This document shows positions 32,001-36,088 of a DNA stretch of 36,088 nt, piece after piece. The position numbers were made by a program, and so were the translations under genes. Positions within the stretch are counted from its first letter, which is position 1. Each line of letters opens with the position of its first letter. The notes below the pieces were generated by a model. That model was not told the DNA's origin and made no database searches. It saw nothing but the letters and a program-made list of their open reading frames with translations. This DNA comes from Elusimicrobiota bacterium (GTDB lineage: Bacteria; Elusimicrobiota; Elusimicrobia; UBA1565), in contig JBDREN010000082.1 in assembly GCA_043819795.1 (NCBI GenBank), positions 1-36,088 on the forward strand. Reading direction: 5' to 3'.

Positions 32001-35000
32001 GGCTCGACGTTCACGCTGGTTGCGCCCTTGTACTGGACGGGCTCCGGAGGCGACGGCAACTGGTACACGACGTCCAACTGGTCCCCGCCGCAGGTGCCGA
32101 ACAAGGCGCATGCGGTGACGATCAATGCGGCCGCAAACGTGCATGTCGACGTCAGTTCGCCGGCGATATCCTTCTCGAGCATGACGCTGGGCCGGCCGGA
32201 CGGGGCCGCGGCCGTGAGCCTGACTTTGTCGACGGGCATCGCGTTCGGGTTGGCGATCGTGGTCAACGACAACGCGGGGCTCACCTCGGACACGACAACG
32301 GAGATGAGCGTGAGCGGGAACGTGACGCTCTTGTCGGGCTCGAGCATGACGCATACGGCCAACCTGGCGCTCAGCACGAGCTCGTCGCTGAGCTGGGATA
32401 TCGGGGGAACCTTCGACATCCAGGCCGGCGCCACGGTCACGGTCGTCGGCCGGGGCATGCCCGGCGGCGTCGCGGGCGCCTCGGGAGTCGGGACAGGAGG
32501 CGGTTCCGGGACCGTGACCGCCGACAGCGGCGGAGGGGGCGGCGGCTACGGCGGAGCGGGAGGGACCGGCGATGGGGCGTCTCCGGGAGCCGGCGGGAGC
32601 GCCTACGGGAGCCAGACCGCGCCCGCCGACGTGGGCTCTGGCGGCGGCGGCGGCCCGGGCGCGTCCGGCGGAGCCGGCGGAGGATCCATACGGATCGCGG
32701 CGCAGACGGTCCACCTCAACGGGCTCTTGGACGCCCGGGGATCGGCCGGGCAGAGCGCGGCCGCGGGCGGCGGCGGAGGCGGCTCGGGCGGAACGATCAG
32801 GCTCTCGGCCGTCACGGTGACGGGCGCGGGCGCCCTGCGCGCGGGCGGAGGCTCGGGCCAGGGCGGGGGCGGCAGCGAGTACGGCGGCGGCGGAGGCGGC
32901 GGCCGGATCGCGGTGAGCGCCGCGGGCACGTGCTCGCTGGACGCTCCGGAGTCCACGGCGGGCGGCGGGTCCTCCGGCGGCTCGGGAGCCACCGGGACGG
33001 ACGGGACCACGTACTCGCCCAACCTGACGGCCGCGACCGGATTCACGGGGGTCGTGCAGTCCTCGACCGCCGTCGCCTGGCGGTGGACCGCGGGGACGGG
33101 CATGTTCCGCAACCGGGTGTTCTCGTCCACTGGCGGCGCGATCTCGGGAGAGCTCTCTTCGACCACCACGGAGTTCCTGAGGACCGGGCTCCTCCCGAAC
33201 ACGACCTACGGAGCTTACGTGCGGGACTACGGGTGCGGCCATTCCCTGGACAGCTTGGTGGCGGTCAGCACCACCTTGGCCAGGCCCTTGGAGAACGTCC
33301 AGGTCGTCGGGGTCCAGGACACCACCGTCACTTTGAACTGGAGCGCCCTGCCGGCGGCGCCGCAAGCGGACTCGTCGGCCGGCTACCGAGTGGAGGCTTC
33401 GACCGCCCCGGACTTCAGCGGGACGGTCCTATCGTCGCAGACCGTCAACGTGGCGCTCAGCACGTTGAGCGTGTCCGGGCTCGGCCGGAACACGACCTAT
33501 TACTTCCGGGCAGCTTCCCTGAACCTGGGCTCGGTCGCGAACTTCGTGGCCGGAGGCTCCACCGCGACTTTGTCCCGCTCGCCCGCGGCCATCGCCCCCT
33601 CCTTCACGGGGGTGTTCGAGACCTCGGCCACCTTGCGCTGGGCCGCGCTCCCGGCCGCTCCGCGGACCGAGACCGCCGAAGGCTATGTGCTCGAGGCCTC
33701 CACCGCGTCGGACTTCACGGGGACGGTCGTCTCCTCGCGCACGCTGAGCGTATCGCTCAGCACGCTGAGCGCGCTCTCCCCGGCCTTGGACCGCAATACC
33801 ACGTACTACTTCCGTGTGGCTTCGCTCAACTGGAGCAAAGCCCCCAGCGCCTACACGTCACTGGGCTCCACGTCCACGCTCGCGCGCTCTCCCCAGGCTC
33901 TGGCCAACGCATTCCTGACGGTCCACCCGGCGTCGGCCACCGCGGCGTGGGCCGCGCTGCCCGGGGCTCCCCTCGCGGAGAGCTCCGAAGGCTACGAGCT
34001 GCAGGCCTCCACCGCGCCGGACTTCACGGGGACGGTCATCTCGTCGGCCACCGCCGACGTCTTGGTGTCCACGTTGACGGCGCGGGACCCGGCTCTGGAC
34101 CGCAACACGACCTATTACTTCCGCGTGGCGGCGCTCAACCACAACGCGGTCCCCGGCCCGTTCCTGGCTCTGGGCAGCACGGCGACGCTCCTGAGCACGC
34201 CGGAGGCGGGCGTGCCCGCGATCAGCGCGGTCTCCTCGAAGACCGTGACGGGCCAGTGGACCTCCGGGACCCCGGCCAACCCTTCGGGGACGCTCTACGC
34301 CCTGCGCGCCTCCACGGCTTCCGACTTCACGGGCGCGGTCCTCTCGTCCGGCACGCTGAACGTTTCGGGCACGGTCGTGGCGCTCACCCCGGACACGACC
34401 TACTATCTCGAGGTCCGGGCCGCGAACCACAACGGCGTCGCCGCTTTCGTGGGCCTCGGATCGAGCTCCACCTGGACGGCCGACGTCACGGCTCCGGCGG
34501 CCGCGGTGGTGTACGTGAGCAGTCTCACGGCCGGGTGGGGCGTGGTGAGCGCCCAGGGCTACGAGCTCCAGGCCTCGACGGCGTCCAACTTCACGGGCAC
34601 GATCCACTTCTCGAGCACGACCAACGGCGGGGCCTCGGCCTTGACGCTGAACGGGTTGACGGCCAATACGACGTACTATCTCCGCGCGGGCGGCGTCAAC
34701 CACAACGGGGCGAGGAACTTCGTGGTCGCCCCGGCCACGCCCACTCTGGCTCAGCGCGTCACCTCGCCGGCCGTGGCCCAGGTCTACTACACGAGCGTCA
34801 CCGTGAGCTGGGTCGGCCCGTCGCCCGATCCCGCCGGCTACCGCGTGGACGCCAGCACCGCCCCGGACTTCACGGGCACGATCAAGTCCTCCGCCACCCC
34901 GAACGGCGCGGCCGTCGGCCTGACGGTGACGGCTCTCACCTCCGATACGACTTATTACCTGCGCGTGGGGTCCTTGAACCACGCTCGGGTGCCGAACTAC

Positions 35001-36088
35001 GAGTTCGTGGCCGCCACGATCACCCTGACCTCGCCGAAAACCTGGGTGGGGACCTCCGGCGACGGCAACTGGTACACCCAGGAGAACTGGAGCCCGGCCG
35101 GCGTGCCGCAAAGGGCCAACGCCGTCACCATCAACATCGTCGCGAACGTGTCCGTGCATCAGAGTTCGCCCGCGATCTCGTTCTCGAGCATAACGCTGGG
35201 GCAGGCGGACGGGAGCGCCGCGGTCAGCCTGACTTTGTCCACGTCGATCGCGGCGGGCGTGGACATCCTCGTCCATGACGGCGCGGGCCTCACGCTCGAC
35301 AGCACGGCGGTCTACGAGCTTTCGGGCGACCTCACGATGCGGCCCGGCTCCACCATGACGCACGCGGCCAGCGCTTCCGCGGCCACGCGCGCGGCCATCC
35401 GGTGGGACATCGGCGGGGAGTTCGACCTGCAGGCCGGGGCCACCATCACGGTCAGCGGCAGGGGCCACCCCGGAGGCGCGGCGAACGGCGGAAGCGGCTT
35501 CGGTTCGGGCGGCGGGACCGGCATCGCGCCCAACGACAAGGGCGGCGGTGGCGGCGGCTACGGCGGGGCCGGCGGACAGGGCGAGAACGACGGAGGCGCG
35601 GGGGGCCCGTCCTTCGGCTCCCAGACCGACCCGAACGAGGTGGGCTCGGGCGGAGGAGGCGGCGGCGCCAGCACGGGGAGCGAGGGCGGAGCCGGCGGCG
35701 GCTTGGCGCGCATCGTCGCGGGCACGATCATCATGGACGGGCTCATCGAGGCCGTCGGCGCCGACGGCGCGAGCGCAGCCTTGGGCGGCGGCGGCGGTGG
35801 ATCGGGAGGCGCCGTCAGTCTGTCCGCCGCGGACATCTCCGGCTCCGGCGCGTTCCGCGCGGAAGGCGGGTCCGGGCAGGGCGGCGCGGGCAACGAGTAC
35901 GGAGGCGGAGGCGGAGGAGGCCGCATCGCGGTAAGCGCCTCGGGTACCTGCTCTCTGGCCGCCTCCACCGCCACGGTCTCCGGCGGCTTCTCGGCCGCGG
36001 GCGGGGCCGGCGATCCCTCCAAGCCGGGCCAGTCCGGCGCGGACGGGACGGTCTATACCCCCAACCTGGTGGCGCCGGCCGGCTTCTT
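17058..36088 (+). CDS. Giant secreted multidomain surface protein (>6,340 aa; FN3-like repeats plus glycine-rich modules), 3' end beyond the window
   Basis: ATG 17058 follows GAGGAG and an in-frame upstream TAG; signal-peptide-like MQGR..KLGGLAAVLLAALLLRGLWA. The same frame gives coherent repeats at every position I translated, up to the last line (..TVYTPNLVAPAGF). The track lists no plus-strand ORF in this frame after 17058, consistent with no internal stop. Confidence 0.93.
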   Translation, partial: MQGRGPTRTTGARPAKLGGLAAVLLAALLLRGLWAGTFTSANYEVSPGKENAGGKDQVTSSSFETNTSAGEAIVERMSSANYEVGPGLMRLIAVPGTVTDLAGSGLSTGTIRLSWTAPGQDGAFGQLQAGSSYYIQYGQNAVPSSWGFDSAQVTRSTSGVENGAVVSHDAGGLGANSTYYFRIWHRDPGGAMSHLSDETTTHTLAKLVTGVQVYRVFNTSATVNWVPRPGAPVAESARGYRLDASTAADFSGELLSSSTLNVALSTLTVAGLAPSATFYFRVGTLNHAWVPNFSVDGSTVTGTAVDIPPQDFQVAGVFLSSAALAWSQVNSEGYAAEASTAADFTGEVSFSSTTNGQKLTLSVAGLHPNTTYYLRAGAIWAGATYYAQVSTRSTLAKTVTILVDSFPAVFESSATAAWAALPLSPPAASSDSARGYRLEASSTNFIGGGVVRSSSSPNVSLSTLTVFSPALSPNTTYYFRAGSLNHEGQPNYVSLGSTPTLASLPSGAGIAAVHVGSVTVSWTPPASARGYQLEASTAADFTGEVKLSSTTSGSATGLTVRELSSNTTYYLRAGSFNHARVLNRTGVFASTATLADRVTGLSFSAVHESSAALSWTTVPSRGYEIRASSTGFDGSGTVHSSVTANGSLGSLAVLSPPLDANTTYFFRVGSINHNGARNFEAAGSTSTLAKAPEVLPQSFLDVFETSATANWAARPLSPLSETAEGYRLEASSTGFDGTGVVASTETRGVLLSTLTVLSPALDRNTTYYFRAASLNHNGVGGAYAALGSISTLARAPESAAAPFLQVHPASATVAWAALPQSPLSESSEGYELQASTAPDFTGTVVSSATADVLVSTLTVGAGAAQLERNTTYYFRVAALNHNSVSGPFLAVGSTATRYSPPEPGVPPVTAVSSVSVTAQWTSGAPANPAGTVYALRASTASDFTGTVFSSQTLSLTDTVSGLAPNTTYYLEVRVTNHNGVRAFGSLGSTATLAAQPAQLAVTFLEVFESSVTAAWVSGNAVGYRLEASTASDFTGVITSSETASVSVSTLTVFESPALDRNTTYYFRVAGFNHAGRIGAFTALGSTSTLARAPGTLATAFLDVFESSVTAAWAANPVSPLSETSEGYVLEASPTADFSGTVVSSRTADVLVSTLSALSPALAANTTHYFRAASLNHNGVPGPYAALGSTATLTATLADAAASAVYRTSITVSWTPLASAQGYELRASSTDFGAVSPGGVVISSATDNPSLGTLTVLSPALEPNTTYYLRAGGVNHNGVINFGSAGARSTLANLTQNHQFNQVNQSSVTVTWIPLPTAAVAGSSSTSEGYVVQASTSPNFGGTIVSSSTPNVGLSTLSVVGLFVNTTYYFRVGSLNWESVGNYAFVGSTVRFVTPPDRAWKVQAYSGELLALTLDVDIDPVYDLDRAFIVVPSGQMSAGVGNIDNNMDPTEVLVRASFVSASKVRLTRGVVTNGSLYSFFVVENPSGGEIYVKSGSNGFVDNTDADLDINVGAGISDYTKTAVFVSVESNNGTRDHYNQAHVRARMTSNTNLELRRTAGGSIATVNWFVVEFIGPDWTVQSGQTLFGANPTNQAITAVADTNKTWVYMNWSAAAPFSDDVSAKVELTAAANIAFSRDGVTTNDITANWFVMENPLIDVQRGGATSAAAVYTVNQTISQVDTTLAFPVTFNDSAEGGDKFPRGYWRATIPNPTTLTWDRSYAGRAAVFTWQVVHLSSNVAPGPVTNLSALVDEKLGEVRLSWTAPGDDRYAGILGQGCEFRIQHTTDAVGAATDVFWSTASAQIKISTFNVSPGTVQEWEVGSLWSNSTHFFRIFTTDEAGNVSLLSNGATVATLANPTDGHQFAAVNVTTVTVNWTPLPTAAQEGSSNTAEGYVVEASSTDFGAFLPGGVLYSSQTRNVSLSTLTAPGAVPELDPNTTYYWHVASLNWADARTYVAIGSTSTLAVEPTALAETFLDVSQSSVTVAWAARPESPPAASSETASGYLLQASTAADFTGVLISSETADLSVSTLTVLSPALDPNTTYYYRAGTLNHNHAPNFIHFGGTATLTLPPTALAQEATFLEVFETSVTVAWAAFPPAPSSASALGYRVEASSTDFDGTGVIVSSETDSVSLSTLTLSSPALDRNTTYYFRVTAFNHNHSVSRYTALGSTSTLAQAPTALAATFLGVFRTSATVAWTALPESPPAVLSETSEGYLLQASTAPDFTGIIVSSRTLEVAASTLTVSSPGLDSNTTYYFRAGSLNHNLAPRFTFLGSTATIANAPTALAQADTFQAVYESSITVAWAAHPVSPLSLSAEGYRVEASSTDFDGTGVVISSQTDNVLASTLTALSPSLDANTTYYFRVAAFNHNGVLSEYTTLFATSTLAAAPTALAQADAFLGVFETSATVAWAAVPASPQAASAEGYRLEASSTNFDGSGVVVSSKTADVLRSTLTVLSPALDRNTTYYFRVAAINHNGVPGSYAGLYSTSTKARPPTGPAFFAVFETSVTVRWDPLPQAPLSESAEGYLLQASLSPDFSGAVISSRTAAVTASTLTVLSPALAPNTTYYFRAASLNHNGVRSFTVVLATSTLALPPVANSPAATFLGVFGTSVTATWQARPGGPLSQTCEGYRLEASSTGFSGGTAHSARSSTYLGNTLTVLSPALDRNTTYYFRAASLNHNATPGNYTSLYATSTLVGTVQALPAADSFLVVGTTYVTVAWVAKPLSPRSESSEGYRLQASTAANFTGTVVSSRTLNVTLSTLTVSAPPLQEDTTYYFRVAALNANGIPGPYTALGSTVTLISGPQPLPTTFLGVFESSATVAWAATGANGYRLDASTAPDFSGVVVSSQTSAASVSTLTVVSPALDANTTHYFRVAAFNSQQVLGPYTQLGSTSTLARAPEALAASFVEVFESSATAAWAARPAGPLAESAEGYRLEASTAADFSGTVISSSTLDFLASTLTAVSPALSADTTYYFRAASLNHNGVWGAFASLGSTSTLTERPVGPAPLETFLSSMTAQWTAVTSQGYELQASASPDFSGTVYVSSTASGGATSLATPVSLAANTTYYLRVGGINHNGVRNFESAGSTSSLAQAPTAPSFQAVYYTSVTVQWTQAVCEGYELQASTGPDFTGVIESSATADAAVTALTATDIQSGTTWYFRVGSLNHNRVPHFVYAGSTFTLVAPLYWTGAGGDGNWYTESNWSPPQVPMKSNVVTIDVAANVRVDASSPAISFSSMTLGRSDGASEVSLTLSTGIAFGLSILVNGNAGLTSDTTAELRVSGNVTLMSGSSMTHTANVAASTGAWLSWNTSGVFDVKAGATVTVLGRGMPGGGAGAPGAGTGGGTGTAAADSGGGGGGYGGAGGTGDGASPGFGGSAYGSQTAPVDVGSGGGGSGGAGGSGGGYLRIAAQTIQLNGLLDARGSAGQSAAAGGGGGGSGGTIRISAVTVTGAGALRADGGSGQGGAGSEYGGGGGGGRIAVSASGSCSLDASESTADGGTSGGSGAAGSAGTTYSPNLTAAAGFTGVVQSSSAVSWRWTAGTGVLRYRVFAATGGAISGDLSSTTTEFLKTGLLPNTTYGAYVRDYGCAHLLDSLVAVSTTLAKPVQNIRVGAVFVTSATLNWNALAAAPQADSSAGYRLEASTAPDFSGTVLSSQTSNVALSTLTVANLGVNTTYYFRAGGLNLGGAPNYVVGPATATLLSTPQPGTPVFPVVSSRTITAQWTAGPEGNPAGTLYTLRASTASDFTGAVLSSQTVGFSGAASTLTPNSTYYFEVRATNRNGVVAYASLGSTATLTADVGSSQATQVFLSSVTVSWTPVTAQGYALQASTASDFTGTIHSSVTANGGLGSLATPATLTSNTTYYLRVGGVNHNGARNFVIIPATATLAPLVSAPDFQAVFFTSVTVNWTVPSPEPSGYRVEASTAADFSGGINSSATVVGSSDFLTVNTLNSGTTYYFRVASLNHASLPHYLAAGSTVTFAAPKTWVGAAGDNDWNTASNWNPLGVPTAGESVTINLSTTVFSQLIAISFSSLTLGSPDGSAAASLTLGAQIEAGQNIAIFRNAGLTIDTDLPVSVANDITMYAGSSMTHTANPALSTSSVLNLSVGGTFDIQDGATLTVKAKGMPGGASNGGPGVGLGGGSGIATNEKAGGGGGHAGGGGAGDNSGASGGGTYGSRTDPADVGSGGGGGGASSGGQGGAGGGLILISGDTILLDGLMDASGGDGGSAAQGGGGGGSGGSINLSAAAISGSGQLRADGGAGLGGGGSEYGGGGGGGRIRVNAAGTCALPNSAASVEGGASGGTGIAGFAGTAFADSLAAPTSLTGVVQSSTSVEWQWNAGAGAGDYQVRASTGGAFSGALSTTTFAFIHSGLEPNTEYSAFMRARGCASQDDSDVAVSTTLAKPVAGAQISEVFAGSATLNWPAFAVSPSSESAAGYRLEASTASDFSGDIASSQTLIVALSTLTVSGLDANTTYFFRIASLNLASASNFTDAGSTSTLVSASPATLPETFLEVFSSSATAAWAALPQAPRAQSAEGYVLQASTAADFTGTIHSSGTASVLVSTLTVLSPALSDNTAYYFRVAGLNANGLPGPYAALGSTATLIAGAPTALAAADTFLGVFESSATIAWAAGGLNGYRLESSTAPDFSGVVVSSETTDALVSTLTVLSPALDANTTHYFRAAFLNLGGVPGPYAQLGSTSTLAPAPEALAASFTEVFESSATAAWAARPATPLSESAEGYRLEASTAADFSGTVISSETLGVLVSTLTALAPALDADTTYYFRAASLNHNGVWGAFTSLGSTSSLTARPVGPAPSETFLSSMTVQWTAVTSQGYELQASTSEDFSGTVYVSSTASGGATTLDTPVTLNANTTYYLRVGGVNHNGARNFESAGSTSTLAQAPASPAFEVVYFTSVTVNWAQAVSEGYDLQASTVPDFTGVITSSATADVAVTTLTVTEIQSGATWYFRVGSLNHNGVPHFTSAGSTFTLVAPLYWTGSGGDGNWYTTSNWSPPQVPNKAHAVTINAAANVHVDVSSPAISFSSMTLGRPDGAAAVSLTLSTGIAFGLAIVVNDNAGLTSDTTTEMSVSGNVTLLSGSSMTHTANLALSTSSSLSWDIGGTFDIQAGATVTVVGRGMPGGVAGASGVGTGGGSGTVTADSGGGGGGYGGAGGTGDGASPGAGGSAYGSQTAPADVGSGGGGGPGASGGAGGGSIRIAAQTVHLNGLLDARGSAGQSAAAGGGGGGSGGTIRLSAVTVTGAGALRAGGGSGQGGGGSEYGGGGGGGRIAVSAAGTCSLDAPESTAGGGSSGGSGATGTDGTTYSPNLTAATGFTGVVQSSTAVAWRWTAGTGMFRNRVFSSTGGAISGELSSTTTEFLRTGLLPNTTYGAYVRDYGCGHSLDSLVAVSTTLARPLENVQVVGVQDTTVTLNWSALPAAPQADSSAGYRVEASTAPDFSGTVLSSQTVNVALSTLSVSGLGRNTTYYFRAASLNLGSVANFVAGGSTATLSRSPAAIAPSFTGVFETSATLRWAALPAAPRTETAEGYVLEASTASDFTGTVVSSRTLSVSLSTLSALSPALDRNTTYYFRVASLNWSKAPSAYTSLGSTSTLARSPQALANAFLTVHPASATAAWAALPGAPLAESSEGYELQASTAPDFTGTVISSATADVLVSTLTARDPALDRNTTYYFRVAALNHNAVPGPFLALGSTATLLSTPEAGVPAISAVSSKTVTGQWTSGTPANPSGTLYALRASTASDFTGAVLSSGTLNVSGTVVALTPDTTYYLEVRAANHNGVAAFVGLGSSSTWTADVTAPAAAVVYVSSLTAGWGVVSAQGYELQASTASNFTGTIHFSSTTNGGASALTLNGLTANTTYYLRAGGVNHNGARNFVVAPATPTLAQRVTSPAVAQVYYTSVTVSWVGPSPDPAGYRVDASTAPDFTGTIKSSATPNGAAVGLTVTALTSDTTYYLRVGSLNHARVPNYEFVAATITLTSPKTWVGTSGDGNWYTQENWSPAGVPQRANAVTINIVANVSVHQSSPAISFSSITLGQADGSAAVSLTLSTSIAAGVDILVHDGAGLTLDSTAVYELSGDLTMRPGSTMTHAASASAATRAAIRWDIGGEFDLQAGATITVSGRGHPGGAANGGSGFGSGGGTGIAPNDKGGGGGGYGGAGGQGENDGGAGGPSFGSQTDPNEVGSGGGGGGASTGSEGGAGGGLARIVAGTIIMDGLIEAVGADGASAALGGGGGGSGGAVSLSAADISGSGAFRAEGGSGQGGAGNEYGGGGGGGRIAVSASGTCSLAASTATVSGGFSAAGGAGDPSKPGQSGADGTVYTPNLVAPAGF
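21243..22259 (+). repeat. Four tandem ~80-90 aa beta-rich domains within the giant ORF
   Basis: Units begin KVQAYSG / YVKSG / TVQSG / DVQRG, contain a D..(R/K/L)(A/T)(F/A/W) motif and end FFVVEN / NWFVVEF / NWFVMEN / TWQVVHL. Confidence 0.75.
26607..27608 (+). repeat. Glycine-rich module 1 (type A)
   Basis: APLYWTGAGGDGNWYTESNWSPPQVP ... SMTHTAN ... GRGMPGG ... GGGGGGYGG ... GSGGGG ... GGGGGGSGGTIRI ... EYGGGGGGGRIAV. Confidence 0.85.
28998..30005 (+). repeat. Glycine-rich module 2 (type B)
   Basis: APKTWVGAAGDNDWNTASNWNPLGVP ... SMTHTAN ... AKGMPGG ... GGGGGHAGG ... GSGGGG ... EYGGGGGGGRIRV. Confidence 0.85.
32022..33026 (+). repeat. Glycine-rich module 3 (type A, close copy of module 1)
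   Basis: APLYWTGSGGDGNWYTTSNWSPPQVP; offset 5415 nt from module 1 (TTGTACTGG at 26613 and 32028). Confidence 0.85.
35031..36068 (+). repeat. Glycine-rich module 4 (type B)
   Basis: SPKTWVGTSGDGNWYTQENWSPAGVP ... GRGHPGGAANGG ... EYGGGGGGGRIAV; offset 6033 nt from module 2. Confidence 0.85.

Larger units (their letters stand above)
17340..35030 (+). repeat. About 46 fibronectin type III-like repeats (~90-105 aa) within the giant ORF
   Basis: Consensus ..VFxxSxTVxW..(P-rich loop)..GYxLxASTAxDF(S/T)GxVxSSxT...STLTVxSPxLxxNTTYYFRVxxLNHNG...LGSTxTLA. Manual count of the xTTYY(F/L)R-type motif gave 46, spaced roughly 270-330 nt within runs. Confidence 0.85.

Noticed and set aside
17340..35030. 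CRISPR array or diversity-generating retroelement reading of the repeats
   Set aside because: The repeats are degenerate, in frame and protein-coding; there is no constant repeat-spacer pattern, cas gene or reverse transcriptase in the window, and I saw no adenine-specific mismatch pattern.
20484..35468. Very long minus-strand ORFs (1016, 1313, 808, 770 and 536 aa)
   Set aside because: Antisense shadows of the giant plus-strand gene; Arg/Gly-rich translations typical of off-frame high-GC DNA, with no recognisable domains.
17156..35934. Plus-strand track ORFs within the giant gene (e.g. 17156-18271, 27659-29497, 32930-35278)
   Set aside because: All are in other reading frames than the one giving the coherent FN3 repeats; they are artefacts of GC-rich codon usage.

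Overview
High-GC bacterial chromosomal window; the protein styles suggest Elusimicrobiota or a similar uncultured lineage (inference only). The first ~15 kb is mostly housekeeping. On the minus strand: pnp (runs off the left edge), rpsO, cinA and a DUF3467 gene. Diverging on the plus strand: gmk, a divergent probable rpoZ, a family-4 uracil-DNA glycosylase, a PmtA-like methyltransferase, priA, a DUF2723/TMEM260-like membrane glycosyltransferase with TPRs, tyrS, a B12-dependent acyl-CoA mutase large subunit with isobutyryl-CoA-mutase signature residues, and an orphan OmpR-family regulator with an atypical receiver domain. An AT-rich intergenic region follows, carrying an 11-bp-phased TTGCGAAA repeat. 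Next comes a signal-peptide-bearing, phage-tail-fibre/collar-like protein (15428-17011). The last gene is a single giant ORF missing from the supplied track: 17058 to beyond the window end, >6,340 aa. It has a signal peptide, about 46 fibronectin-type-III-like repeats (manual count), a 4x tandem beta-rich domain block and four glycine-rich modules in an A-B-A-B segmental duplication. The regulator, operator, fibre protein and giant protein, possibly with the glycosyltransferase, are the best candidate for an undescribed surface system.
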